From contig JAGOSO010000007.1 of assembly GCA_018062285.1 (NCBI GenBank), positions 1 to 37,932 on the forward strand: a stretch of 37,932 bases of DNA. The letters are read 5' to 3'. The notes beneath the pieces were generated by a model. It saw nothing but the letters and a program-made list of their open reading frames with translations, had not been told where the DNA came from and ran no database searches. The DNA is from Minisyncoccota bacterium. GTDB lineage: Bacteria; Patescibacteriota; Minisyncoccia; 2-02-FULL-40-12; GWA2-44-9. Below, piece by piece: positions 1 through 9,075 of the stretch (the stretch's first letter is position 1; each line of letters begins with the position of its first letter). Made by a program: the position numbers and the translations under genes.

Positions 1-75
1 ACCTTAATCCATATTCCATAATCTTACTACTAATCATGATATAATTGAATAACTTCTAATAGAATAAATATCAAA

Positions 76-1737
76 ATGAGCAAACACTTAAAATTAATAG
101 CCAATCTCGTATTCCTTGTTATTTTAGCCCAAATAAGACCGGGTTTGGCTTCGGCTAATGTGCTTGGTGAAAAACACACTTTTTTCGTCAACTCAGCCTA
201 TAATGCTTCGGGACAAACAAGTGTGGCTGCAACGCTTAATTATGTTGGTGAGCGGGCCTATTTCTATGTCGAAGATTCTTATCTAAACGGGCTCGGTGTT
301 AACGAACGACAACAGTTTGACCAGCAGGTAGTTTCTGCCTCCCAAGAATTTGATAATAATATATACCCAAAAGAAATTAATTTTTGGGGATCGGAACCAA
401 ATCCTGGGATAGACAATGATCCCAAGATAACAATTTTGCTGGAAAGATTAACTTCTGGCACTGGTGGTTATTTCGATAGTGTTAATGAGTACCCATCTTC
501 TCAGGTAAAAAATACTAACCAGCGAGAAATTATTAGTGCTAATGTTTTGTCACTTGGGAGTAGTCGCCTAAAGATATTTCTTGCTCATGAATTCCAGCAT
601 CTGATATCTTTTAACCAGAAGGATGTTTTGCGAAATGTTTATGAGGACACTTGGCTCAATGAGCTTCGTTCTCAATATGCAATAACAGTGGCTGGCTACA
701 ATGGCGATTATCCGGTATCGGATCTGTCGCAGAGGGTTCAGTCTTATCTCTATGCTCCTGAAGATAGTTTGACTGAGTGGCCTAATACTAATTTGGATTA
801 TGCTTCCGTGACATTATTTGGGCAATATCTAATTGATCGTTTTGGGCCTACTATTCTACAGGAGAGTTTGCATAGCTCTTTGGTTGGGATAGATTCCATA
901 AATAAATACCTAAGAGACCACAAGAGTTCAGAAAATTTTACAGATTTATTTTCTGATTGGGTTTGGACAAACTATATTAATAATCGCTCAGTCGATAGTC
1001 GTTTTGGTTATTTAAATCAGGACCTTCAGTATTTGCATGTTCTCCCAACGGACAGCAGACAGATTTTTAGTCAAAATACAAATTCTTTTTCTTACTCGTT
1101 AAAACCTTGGGAAGCCGGGTGGTATCAATTCCGTCCAGATTTTAATGCTCCAGCTGAGAGGAATATAAAAATTAGTTGGGTTGGGCCAGAGTTCAATGTT
1201 TATTATGCCGATTTGTCGGGCGTGAAGTATAGATTGAATAGCGGGGATATTATAGAAAAACCAGCTGGAAATTTTCTTTTGATTCCTGTTAATAAATCAA
1301 AAGTAACCAACTTTGGTGGGAAAGAAGATGTGTCTCCGCTGGCTCTATATATAGAATACGTAGACAAACCTGCCATGCCGGCTGTCCCAATTCTTAAGGA
1401 TGGTGATTTGATTGTTCATGCGGGCACACCAGATACGTATGTGATTTGGGGGACCTATAAACGCTATCTTGCCCCAGAAGTCTTAAAATTCTATGGCCTT
1501 GACCCAGTCAATGCTATAACTGTTCCAGAGGCAGTTTTCCAATCCTATATGCCATCAAATTATGTAAGATCAGCAGATGAGAAAAAAGTTTATGCTGTTT
1601 GGCCAGACGAGACAAAGCATTGGTTAAATATTTCTGCTCAACAATTCACAGATTCAAATCGTGATTGGAATTCTATTTTCATCATTAATAATTTAGAATC
1701 TAATTTCTATAAACTCTCTTCTCCAATAACTAAATAA
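76..1737 (+). CDS. Secreted protein with N-terminal signal peptide and an HExxH motif (putative secreted zinc metallopeptidase)
   Basis: N-terminus MSKHLKLIANLVFLVILAQIRPGLASA is a hydrophobic signal peptide. The motif 'LAHEFQHL' (HExxH) is internal. Host-like low GC. Confidence 0.45.
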   Translation: MSKHLKLIANLVFLVILAQIRPGLASANVLGEKHTFFVNSAYNASGQTSVAATLNYVGERAYFYVEDSYLNGLGVNERQQFDQQVVSASQEFDNNIYPKEINFWGSEPNPGIDNDPKITILLERLTSGTGGYFDSVNEYPSSQVKNTNQREIISANVLSLGSSRLKIFLAHEFQHLISFNQKDVLRNVYEDTWLNELRSQYAITVAGYNGDYPVSDLSQRVQSYLYAPEDSLTEWPNTNLDYASVTLFGQYLIDRFGPTILQESLHSSLVGIDSINKYLRDHKSSENFTDLFSDWVWTNYINNRSVDSRFGYLNQDLQYLHVLPTDSRQIFSQNTNSFSYSLKPWEAGWYQFRPDFNAPAERNIKISWVGPEFNVYYADLSGVKYRLNSGDIIEKPAGNFLLIPVNKSKVTNFGGKEDVSPLALYIEYVDKPAMPAVPILKDGDLIVHAGTPDTYVIWGTYKRYLAPEVLKFYGLDPVNAITVPEAVFQSYMPSNYVRSADEKKVYAVWPDETKHWLNISAQQFTDSNRDWNSIFIINNLESNFYKLSSPITK

Positions 1738-1911
1738 TAATTTTTAGAGAATATTAATTCTAGTTATCCACTTTTTTTGTATCAATATTATTTTTTTAGT
1801 TTTAAAATTAGTGTAGTAGAAAAACAGTTGGTCGAGCTGTAAACTAAAAAGTAATATACAAGAAAAAATAATTTTAAAAAATAAAATTGTTTTTTCTGAA
1901 GTAACAAAATA

Positions 1912-2004
1912 ATGGCAAAGAAAAAAATCGCAAAGAAAGCAAAGAAGGCAACCAAGAAAGTTGCAAAGAAGGGCAAGAAGAAAGCCACCAAGAAGAGAAA
2001 GTAA
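1912..2004 (+). CDS. Tiny (30 aa) lysine/alanine-rich basic protein, MAKKKIAKKAKKATKKVAKKGKKKATKKRK
   Basis: Read directly: ATG 1912 to TAA 2002-2004. It is not in the ORF track because it is under 60 aa. A 10-bp-stem intrinsic terminator follows immediately. Confidence 0.5.
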   Translation: MAKKKIAKKAKKATKKVAKKGKKKATKKRK

Positions 2005-2016
2005 TTTTCTAAAGAA

Positions 2017-2052
2017 AAGAGGAGTCCCAAAGACTCCTCTTTTCTTTTTATT
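2017..2052 (+). terminator. Rho-independent terminator (aagaggagtc-ccaaa-gactcctctt, then T-run)
   Basis: Perfect 10-bp inverted repeat followed by tcttttctttttatt. Confidence 0.7.
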
Positions 2053-2079
2053 ATAAGGCGCTATGATAAAAGGAAAACC

Positions 2080-2406
2080 ATGAAAATCAACATAACAACT
2101 AAAAACATCACACTAGATAAACCCTTAAACGTTTTTATTGAACAAAAAATCGGTGGTCTTGAGAAGTTTATTAAAAAGGGTCCTGTCAGTGCTATTGTGG
2201 AAGTGGGTCTTCCTTCTAAGCGCCATAAGACCGGCCCTGTTTTCTATGCCGAAGTTAATTTAAGTGTTGGTGGTAAATTATTGCGCGGAGAAGCAAGTCA
2301 TAAAGATTTGCGCAGCGCGATTGATCAGGCTCGCGATGAGCTCCATGCTCAGATTCTAAAACTGAAAGAGAAGCAAAAAGATTTACTTCGCGTTGCTAAG
2401 AAATAA
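2080..2406 (+). CDS. hpf: Ribosome hibernation promoting factor / ribosome-associated inhibitor (HPF/RaiA family)
   Basis: 108 aa. 'MKINITTKNITLDKPLNVFIEQKIGGLEKFI' with the dispersed basic and acidic pattern typical of the YfiA/HPF family. Confidence 0.7.
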   Translation: MKINITTKNITLDKPLNVFIEQKIGGLEKFIKKGPVSAIVEVGLPSKRHKTGPVFYAEVNLSVGGKLLRGEASHKDLRSAIDQARDELHAQILKLKEKQKDLLRVAKK

Positions 2407-2410
2407 AAAA

Positions 2411-2441
2411 GGGCGGGGACCGAAGTCCCGCGCCCGCGATA
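2411..2441 (-). terminator. GC-rich hairpin (gggcggggac-cgaa-gtcccgcgccc) with T-run on the minus strand; terminator of the minus-strand GC-rich ORF, also placed to stop hpf
   Basis: Inverted repeat with a one-base bulge. The A-run on the + strand before it is a T-run downstream on the - strand. Confidence 0.55.
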
Positions 2442-2654
2442 CTATTCGTCGAGGCTGTTGTTTCTTTCTGCTGCTCGCTCGACCAGACGGTCTATTTCAC
2501 TTTTGCCGTCGTGGTAACCATCTTGCCAAGCTCGTGGATATTTTCTGATCTGCCACCAGGCGAGAGGGTTATCTTCAAAGCCACGTCTGTAGCCCTCTTC
2601 GTACTGCACCTTTTCTTCCTTAGACCATTCCTTGCTCCTGTCCCGTGCGACCAT
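2442..2654 (-). CDS. G+C-rich small charged Trp-rich protein (70 aa) of unknown function; cargo of foreign cassette 1
   Basis: ATG at 2654-2652 with AGGAGG RBS 6 nt upstream on the - strand. GC content is visibly above the flanks. Bracketed by a consensus promoter (2738-2766) and a terminator (2411-2441). Confidence 0.55.
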   Translation of the reverse strand: MVARDRSKEWSKEEKVQYEEGYRRGFEDNPLAWWQIRKYPRAWQDGYHDGKSEIDRLVERAAERNNSLDE

Positions 2655-2737
2655 GGCCGTCCTCCTGTTTTCACAGAAGGAGGCTAGGCCTATTCCTAGT
2701 TGCTGAACCCTTCTGTGAAGTGTAGTATTGTCTTTGA

Positions 2738-2766
2738 ATTATAACAAAATTTACTTGTTTTGTCAA
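2738..2766 (-). promoter_or_regulatory. Consensus sigma70 promoter on the minus strand: TTGACA-N17-TATAAT (ttgacaaaacaagtaaattttgttataat)
   Basis: Reverse complement of 2738-2766. The leader to the ATG at 2654 is about 85 nt. Confidence 0.55.
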
Positions 2767-2804
2767 ATGTAATTTGGGACTAATTGTGCTAAAATAAACG
2801 AACA

Positions 2805-5492
2805 ATGGCATTTTTATCTAATCTCTTTGGGGATGCAAATAAGCGGTATATTAAGTCCCTAGAGCCAATTATCAGTAAGATCAACGAACTCGAGAAAGAT
2901 CTCGTGGGTCTTTCAGATGCTCAATTAAAAGAAAAGACCACTGAATTTAAAAAAAGATTAGCCGAGGGTGAGGCTTTGGATGATTTATTGCCTGAAGCTT
3001 TTGCTACAGTTCGTGAAGCATCTAAGCGCACTCTTGGTCAGCGTCATTACGATTCTCAGTTGATTGGTGGCATTGCTTTGCATCGTGGCACGATTGCCGA
3101 AATGAAAACCGGTGAAGGTAAAACTTTGGTTGCCACTGCACCTGTTTATTTGAATGCCCTTACCGGTAAGGGTGTGCACATGGTTACCGTCAATGATTAC
3201 CTTTCTCGGCGTGACGCCGCTTGGATGGGCCAAATTTATGACGCCCTTGGCTTAACTGTGGCTTGTATTAACCACGAAGCCAGTTACCAATACGATTCAT
3301 CTCACGTAACAAAAGAAGAAGATAAGGAAGAAGACGTCGAAGGTGGATTCAAGATTGTTCATGAGTTACTTCGACCAATTACTCGCAAACAAGCTTATGC
3401 TTGTGATATTACCTATGGCACCAACAATGAATATGGTTTCGATTATCTTCGCGACAACATGGCTTATTCTCAGGATCAGATGTCTCAGCGCTCAGCTGAA
3501 GAAGGTGGCCATAATTTTGCCATTGTCGACGAAGTCGATTCTATTTTAATCGACGAAGCTCGAACCCCGCTTATTATTTCTGCACCAGATGAAGATTCTG
3601 GTGAATTGTATGCCACCTTTTCCAAAATTGCCCCCAAGCTAAAAGAGGAAGAAGACTATATTGTCGATATTAAAGAGAAGGCCGTTTCAATCACCGAAGC
3701 TGGTATCGAAAAAGTTGAACAACTATTGGGTGTTAAAAATATCTATGATGAAGGTGGAACAAAATATGTTCACCACCTTGAACAAGCCCTGAAAGCTCAG
3801 GTTATTTTCCATCGCGACCAGAACTATGTGGTTAAAGATGGAGAAATTATTATTGTAGATGAATTTACTGGCCGCTTAATGCCTGGCCGTCGTTGGTCAG
3901 AAGGTACTCACCAGGCCGTTGAAGCTAAAGAAGGTGTTAAGGTTCAAAAAGAATCCCGCACCTTGGCGACAATTACTTTCCAAAATTATTTCCGTTTGTA
4001 TGAAAAATTGGGTGGAATGACAGGCACAGCCCAAAGCTCAGCTGAAGAGTTCCATAAAGTTTATGAATTGGATTCTATTAGCATTCCAACCAACAAGCCA
4101 AATATCCGTAAGGATATGCCAGATAAGATTTTCAAAAATGAAATTGGAAAATTCCGAGCTATCGTTCAGGAAATCAAAGAACGCACTAAGACCGGTCAGC
4201 CTGTTTTGGTCGGCACAGTTTCAATTGATAAGAACGAGTATCTTTCTTTAATGCTGGAACGTGAGGGTGTTGCCCATACTTTGTTAAATGCTAAGAACCA
4301 CGAAAAAGAAGCTGAGCTTCACGCCCAAGCCGGTCGTTTGGGTTCAGTGACAATAGCCACCAACATTGCTGGTCGTGGCGTCGACATTATTCTTGGCGGT
4401 AACCCACCAGATAAAGAAATGCAGGAAAAGGTTCGTGCTCTCGGTGGATTACATGTTATTGGCACAGAACGTCATGAAGCTCGACGTATTGATGATCAGT
4501 TGCGTGGCCGTGCAGGTCGTCAGGGTGACCCAGGTTCATCACAATTCTTTGTTTCGACTGAGGACGAGTTAGTTCGTCGTTTCGGTGGTGACAGCCTTAA
4601 AAACATTATGGAACGTTTGGGTGTAGGAGAGGATGACGTTATCGAAAATAGATTTGTTTCTAATGCTATTCAACAAGCCCAGACTCGTATTGAGGGTTAC
4701 AATTTTGACGCTCGTAAATATATTCTTGAATACGATGACGTAATGAACAAGCAGCGCGAAACCATTTATGGTTTACGTCGTGAGATCTTGTTCTCAGAAA
4801 GTGCTAAGCCAATCATCGAGGGTTATCTCGAAGATTATATAAAACGCGCTGTTCAATTTCATACCACTGGTCATGAGTGGGATGTAAAAGAATTGGCTAT
4901 TTCATTTGAAGCAGTTGTTGGTAGTGATTCAGAAATTTCAAAAAATATTCAAACTCTTGCTGATTCCAGAGATGTTGAAGGCTTAAGGAGTTACATGCAA
5001 GAATATGTCACTAGTCGTTATTCTAACCGCGAGACGGAATTAGGTCTAGAACAAATGCGAATGCTTGAAAAGTTGGTATTGTTGCGTACTATTGATGAAA
5101 TTTGGGTTGAGCATATTTCGGCTATGGAATATTTGCGTGGCTCGGTACGCTTACGTGCTTATGGCCAGCGTGACCCCCTTGCCGAATACAAGGTTGAAGG
5201 TCAGCGCATGTTCACTGAACTCCTTGATTCTATTAAGGGCCAAGTCGTTGATGCTATTTTTAAAGTCAGTATGATGCAGCAACCTGAAAAGGTTAAGGTG
5301 ATTGAAGGCCGCGCTAATATAGAAGGGGAAACTATCGTTGAAAAAGAATCTCAACGTGCTGACGCGGTTTATAACTCCGAAGAAGATAAAGCTGGTCGTA
5401 ATGATCCTTGCCCCTGTGGTTCTGGTAAGAAATTCAAAAAGTGTGGTCTCTTAAATACTGAAGAGCATCAACGGTTGTCTTCAAGCAAGTAA
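2805..5492 (+). CDS. secA: Preprotein translocase ATPase SecA
   Basis: 895 aa. DEAD-like motor motifs (GEGKT, DEVDSILIDEA) and the C-terminal zinc finger CPCGSGKKFKKCG. Confidence 0.95.
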   Translation: MAFLSNLFGDANKRYIKSLEPIISKINELEKDLVGLSDAQLKEKTTEFKKRLAEGEALDDLLPEAFATVREASKRTLGQRHYDSQLIGGIALHRGTIAEMKTGEGKTLVATAPVYLNALTGKGVHMVTVNDYLSRRDAAWMGQIYDALGLTVACINHEASYQYDSSHVTKEEDKEEDVEGGFKIVHELLRPITRKQAYACDITYGTNNEYGFDYLRDNMAYSQDQMSQRSAEEGGHNFAIVDEVDSILIDEARTPLIISAPDEDSGELYATFSKIAPKLKEEEDYIVDIKEKAVSITEAGIEKVEQLLGVKNIYDEGGTKYVHHLEQALKAQVIFHRDQNYVVKDGEIIIVDEFTGRLMPGRRWSEGTHQAVEAKEGVKVQKESRTLATITFQNYFRLYEKLGGMTGTAQSSAEEFHKVYELDSISIPTNKPNIRKDMPDKIFKNEIGKFRAIVQEIKERTKTGQPVLVGTVSIDKNEYLSLMLEREGVAHTLLNAKNHEKEAELHAQAGRLGSVTIATNIAGRGVDIILGGNPPDKEMQEKVRALGGLHVIGTERHEARRIDDQLRGRAGRQGDPGSSQFFVSTEDELVRRFGGDSLKNIMERLGVGEDDVIENRFVSNAIQQAQTRIEGYNFDARKYILEYDDVMNKQRETIYGLRREILFSESAKPIIEGYLEDYIKRAVQFHTTGHEWDVKELAISFEAVVGSDSEISKNIQTLADSRDVEGLRSYMQEYVTSRYSNRETELGLEQMRMLEKLVLLRTIDEIWVEHISAMEYLRGSVRLRAYGQRDPLAEYKVEGQRMFTELLDSIKGQVVDAIFKVSMMQQPEKVKVIEGRANIEGETIVEKESQRADAVYNSEEDKAGRNDPCPCGSGKKFKKCGLLNTEEHQRLSSSK

Positions 5493-5494
5493 TA

Positions 5495-6223
5495 ATGGCT
5501 CCAAAATTTTCTTCGATAAAGATATCTCGTTCGGGTTTAAAGCTTTTTCAAGAATGCCCAAGATGCTTTTGGTTGGATGTTCACCACAAGATTAAACGTC
5601 CGCCAAGTTTGCCATACACCCTTTCATCGGCGGTGGATTTTTTAGTTAAACAAGAATTTGATAAATATCGTCAACAAGGAATCTTGCCCCCAGTCTTGGC
5701 CCGCCACCTTGCTGGTGATGCTAAATTATATAACGGTCCCGAGTTGCCAATCTGGCGGGAGAATTTTAAAGGTGTTCAATATTTTGATGAAGATTTAAAC
5801 GCTATGCTTTATGGTGCAGTAGATGATGTTTTGCAATTGGCCGATGGTTCTTTGGCAGTGATTGACTACAAATCTTCTGGTTCGCGAGAAATAAAAATCT
5901 ATGAAGATTATCAAAAGCAGATGGATATTTATACATATCTTCTAGATAGAAATGGTTTTAAAACTCATACTGAAGCCTATTTTGTTTTCTATCAAGTTGA
6001 CAAGACTGGTGGGGGATTCCAAAATTCTTTGCCGTTTATAGAATCACTCAAGGCTGTCAAAGCCGACAAGAGTTGGGTCCAGAATGTTTTTGAGCAAGCC
6101 GTTGCTGTGGCTCGCCAAGATACCCCGCCAGAAGTCATTATGCCTTGCCCTCACTGTGTTTATGTTCAACAGGCTGGTAAGCATGCAATGACTGATAGTG
6201 AGCAGATCATAGAGTTGGGATAG
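5495..6223 (+). CDS. Cas4-like PD-(D/E)XK nuclease with Cys cluster (stand-alone, RecB-nuclease-domain family)
   Basis: N-terminal CPRC, the 'VIDYKSS' D-x-K nuclease motif and C-terminal CPHC. Starts 2 nt after the secA stop, so probably one operon. Confidence 0.6.
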   Translation: MAPKFSSIKISRSGLKLFQECPRCFWLDVHHKIKRPPSLPYTLSSAVDFLVKQEFDKYRQQGILPPVLARHLAGDAKLYNGPELPIWRENFKGVQYFDEDLNAMLYGAVDDVLQLADGSLAVIDYKSSGSREIKIYEDYQKQMDIYTYLLDRNGFKTHTEAYFVFYQVDKTGGGFQNSLPFIESLKAVKADKSWVQNVFEQAVAVARQDTPPEVIMPCPHCVYVQQAGKHAMTDSEQIIELG

Positions 6224-6244
6224 ATTTTATTTTTTGATAAAATA

Positions 6245-6273
6245 TTGACAAAAACACCTTAATTTATTATAGT
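6245..6273 (+). promoter_or_regulatory. Consensus sigma70 promoter TTGACA-N17-TATAGT driving cassette 2
   Basis: ttgacaaaaacaccttaatttattatagt. A roughly 100-nt GC-rich leader follows. Confidence 0.55.
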
Positions 6274-6384
6274 ATTACAACTCAGCAATTCTGCTGGGTT
6301 CTCGGACATAAGGCGCATTAGTCGCACTGCTTCCGGGGAGTTCTCTTAACAACCCTAAGATCACCCAACCCAGGAGTGTTCCAG

Positions 6385-7476
6385 ATGGTTAGAAGTTCGT
6401 TTGTTGTGATGGAGTCGGCGGCCTTGGATGAAACCAAGGACAAAGAACTCATTTTGAGAGGCGTTATTAAGCAGGATTGCCTCACTCATCTGATGGTCGA
6501 CGACTATCAGCGTGAGGCGATGCCCCTTACCGCTCTCTCGAGCATCATTCAGGCTCTCGAAAATGGTGACGCATTACCCGATATCGAACTCGGCATGCGA
6601 GGCGGCCGTTTCAAGGACAAGGACGGCAACTTCGTCCTTCAGGACATCCTCTACATCATCGATGGGCTGCAGCGTGTGAACGCTGCCATCCAGATTCTCA
6701 AAACCAAGCCTGACGTCAAAATTCGGCTTGGCGCTACCGTGCACTTCAACACCACCAAGGAATGGGAACGGGAACGTTTCCGTGTCCTGAACACTCTTCG
6801 GAGCAAGGTTTCTCCCAACGTCCTCCTTCGCAACAAGCGGGAAGAAAGCAGCGCAGTGAAGATGCTTTTCGCCCTCAGCAAGGGCGACAGGCAGTTCGCG
6901 CTCTATGAGCGAATTGCCTGGGGTCAGCGTATGATTAAGGGAGACCTTATCGGTGCGCTGACTTTTGCCAAAGTCACTGGCGTGCTGCACTCTCACAAGG
7001 CACCCACCCGAAGGACTTCCGTCAACCAGTTGGTTCCTGCACTCGACAAGGCGCTGGAGGTTGTGGGTATTCAGGCGATGAGGAAGAACGTGAGAGGGTT
7101 TTTCGACCTTATCGACGAATGTTGGGGGATCAAACGTGTTCAGTATCGTGAAGGGGCCGTGTATATGCGCGGTACGTTCCTTCATGTGATGGCCCGCCTG
7201 ATCTCTGATCACACCGATTTCTGGCGAGGTGATGGTCAGGAGGAGCTCTTCGTTGAAGCTTCTCTTCGCAGAAAGATCGCATCGTTCCCTATCCACGACC
7301 CTGCCGTCACGAGTCTCGCCAGTTCTGGTGGCAAGTCGCGTGACATGTTGTACATGCTCATGCGTGACCACATCAACAGTGGGAAGCGCACGAAGCGCCT
7401 CACTTCTCGGACCGGAGACATGGTCTCCTTGGGAACCGACGACGACGATGATGCTGTCGTCGACAACGAGGAATAG
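6385..7476 (+). CDS. G+C-rich DUF262 / ParB-like nuclease-domain protein (DGQQR-type motif 'IIDGLQRVN', 'DDYQRE'); cargo of cassette 2
   Basis: The track ORF starts at GTG 6376. ATG 6385 sits 8 nt downstream of AGGAG. The N-terminal motifs match the DUF262 (GmrSD N-domain / DndB-like ParB fold) signature. The acidic tail is DDDDDAVVDNEE. Confidence 0.5.
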   Translation: MVRSSFVVMESAALDETKDKELILRGVIKQDCLTHLMVDDYQREAMPLTALSSIIQALENGDALPDIELGMRGGRFKDKDGNFVLQDILYIIDGLQRVNAAIQILKTKPDVKIRLGATVHFNTTKEWERERFRVLNTLRSKVSPNVLLRNKREESSAVKMLFALSKGDRQFALYERIAWGQRMIKGDLIGALTFAKVTGVLHSHKAPTRRTSVNQLVPALDKALEVVGIQAMRKNVRGFFDLIDECWGIKRVQYREGAVYMRGTFLHVMARLISDHTDFWRGDGQEELFVEASLRRKIASFPIHDPAVTSLASSGGKSRDMLYMLMRDHINSGKRTKRLTSRTGDMVSLGTDDDDDAVVDNEE

Positions 7477-7497
7477 TTGCTGATCTCGTCGCTTTGT

Positions 7498-7527
7498 AAG
7501 GGGCCCCAAAAGGGCCCCTTTTTTATT
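7498..7527 (+). terminator. Intrinsic terminator ggggcccc-aaaa-gggcccc + TTTTTTATTT
   Basis: Perfect GC hairpin and T-run immediately after the stop at 7476. Confidence 0.75.
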
Positions 7528-7553
7528 TCTCACAAAATAGATATACTAGGCAG

Positions 7554-9029
7554 ATGCCAAGTACCGATAACGCTTCAGCCCATCCATCAGCAGACAAATC
7601 TAAACTCTACGGAGATTATTTTTACAAATTCTTCCAGTGCCCGCATTGGATTTGGTACGATATCTATGGCGATGGCCAACACAAAAGAGAAGTCCCACCA
7701 TTGCTAGATTTGATTTATAAAGGCAAAGCGATTGATAAGGGCGAAGGTTTATCGAACCATAAAAAATTCGAGCAAATCAACCCGGATCTCTTCAAAGATT
7801 TAGACGAAGCATTTTTAGCAACAATTGAATTGATGAAGCAGGGTAAAAATATTTACCACGGTGTTTTGATGTCTGAAGATTGGGTTGGAATGCCAGACCT
7901 ACTCGAAGCTCGACCAGGCAAATCTCAGCTCGGCGATTTTTATTACGTTGTTTATGATGCGCAAAATTCTCTTGAGATGCGCGATGAGTATAAGTTTCAA
8001 TTAATTTTCTACAGCTTAATATTAGAAAGAATTCAGGGTATTCGGCCAGTTGAAGCATATGTGATTGATTCTCAGGGCAATGAAAGAGGATTTGTAATTG
8101 CAGAGTTTATTGACCAGTTTCATCTGACCCGCAAGGAAATTGAGAAGATCCTTAACGGAGAAAAACCAGCCCCATTTTTGAAGGCTGGTTGCAAGCGTAC
8201 TCCTTGGTATTCTTTGTGTGTAGCTGAAACACAAGGATGTAACGATGTCTCGCTTATTTACAGAATTAGCCAAGCCGACCAGCGTCGCTTGTATGATATA
8301 GGCATAAAAACCGTCGATGCACTGGCGGCAATTGACCCAGACGAACTTCAGGAGAAATTAGAAGATTGGACATACGATAAAATCATTCGCTTTTCTAATC
8401 AGGCTCGCGCTTTAACCACTGGTCAACCGACGATAACTCGTAAGCCAAACTTCCCGGACGTTCGGTATGAGGTTTATTTTGATATTGAATCTGACCCCTT
8501 GGCTGACATCGACTATTTATTGGGCTACCTAGTTAAAGATACGCAAACAGGCAAAATCGAGTATTGTTATTGTTTGGCTAAAGACAAAGAGCATGAGCCA
8601 GAGGCATGGCGTAAGTTTTTGGAATATCTGGCCGAGCTCGAAGACTTTGTTATCTACCACTATGCTTTTTACGAAAGGCAAGTCTTCGAACGTTTGGCGC
8701 AAAGATACGGCGCCCCAGACGGTTTGGTCGATAAGTTTAAGGAAAATACGATAGACCTGCATACTAAGTTGGTGGACTCAGCTATTTTGCCAATTTATTT
8801 CTATTCTCTAAAAGATGTGGGTTCTTATTTGAATTATAAATGGGATGATCCTAGGGCGGGCGGAGCAGAATCTATTCTATGGTATAAGGATTGGGTGGCC
8901 ACAGGGGATGAAACTATTATTAAAAAAATTCTTCGCTACAATGAAGACGATGTTCGTGCGACCATGGCCATTAAGGATTGGTTGGTTGGCCAGAAACCCA
9001 GTAAGACTAAGGAATCTTTGGACGAGTAG
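7554..9029 (+). CDS. RecB-family nuclease with N-terminal Cas4-like Cys domain and C-terminal YprB/RNase-H-fold (DEDD-like 'FDIESD') domain (TM0106-type)
   Basis: 'FFQCPHWIWYD' at the N-terminus and 'VYFDIESDPLADIDY' in the C-terminal half. Low GC, host-like. Confidence 0.45.
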   Translation: MPSTDNASAHPSADKSKLYGDYFYKFFQCPHWIWYDIYGDGQHKREVPPLLDLIYKGKAIDKGEGLSNHKKFEQINPDLFKDLDEAFLATIELMKQGKNIYHGVLMSEDWVGMPDLLEARPGKSQLGDFYYVVYDAQNSLEMRDEYKFQLIFYSLILERIQGIRPVEAYVIDSQGNERGFVIAEFIDQFHLTRKEIEKILNGEKPAPFLKAGCKRTPWYSLCVAETQGCNDVSLIYRISQADQRRLYDIGIKTVDALAAIDPDELQEKLEDWTYDKIIRFSNQARALTTGQPTITRKPNFPDVRYEVYFDIESDPLADIDYLLGYLVKDTQTGKIEYCYCLAKDKEHEPEAWRKFLEYLAELEDFVIYHYAFYERQVFERLAQRYGAPDGLVDKFKENTIDLHTKLVDSAILPIYFYSLKDVGSYLNYKWDDPRAGGAESILWYKDWVATGDETIIKKILRYNEDDVRATMAIKDWLVGQKPSKTKESLDE

Positions 9030-9075
9030 TTGACTTCTATAATCCACTATGTTTCAATCTAAGGAACATAACCCC

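Noticed and set aside
1788-2030. 80-aa minus-strand ORF (Phe/Leu-rich)
   Set aside because: It is antisense to the poly-Lys sORF and to an AT-rich spacer. Its low-complexity poly-F translation is an artefact of the AAG/AAA repeats.
2492-2674. 60-aa alternative-frame ORF overlapping cassette-1 ORF
   Set aside because: It has no RBS. The 2442-2654 frame has AGGAGG-N6-ATG.
3343-5354. Short ORFs inside secA (3343-3549, 4063-4251, 4366-4572, 5065-5274, 5151-5354, 2985-3233)
   Set aside because: They are fully embedded in, or antisense to, a confidently identified secA reading frame.
6574-7533. 319-aa minus-strand ORF antisense to the DUF262 gene, and similar long antisense ORFs (16493-17506, 16591-16968, 18015-18527, 7229-7483)
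   Set aside because: Long stop-free antisense or alternate frames are expected in G+C-rich coding DNA. They lack promoters and RBSs. The sense ORFs carry recognisable domains and are flanked by a promoter and terminator.
9049-9075. Upstream ATG 9049 as the secD start
   Set aside because: It has no RBS and lies within a promoter-like TTGACT..TATAAT stretch. ATG 9076 follows AAGGAA. Kept as an alternative.
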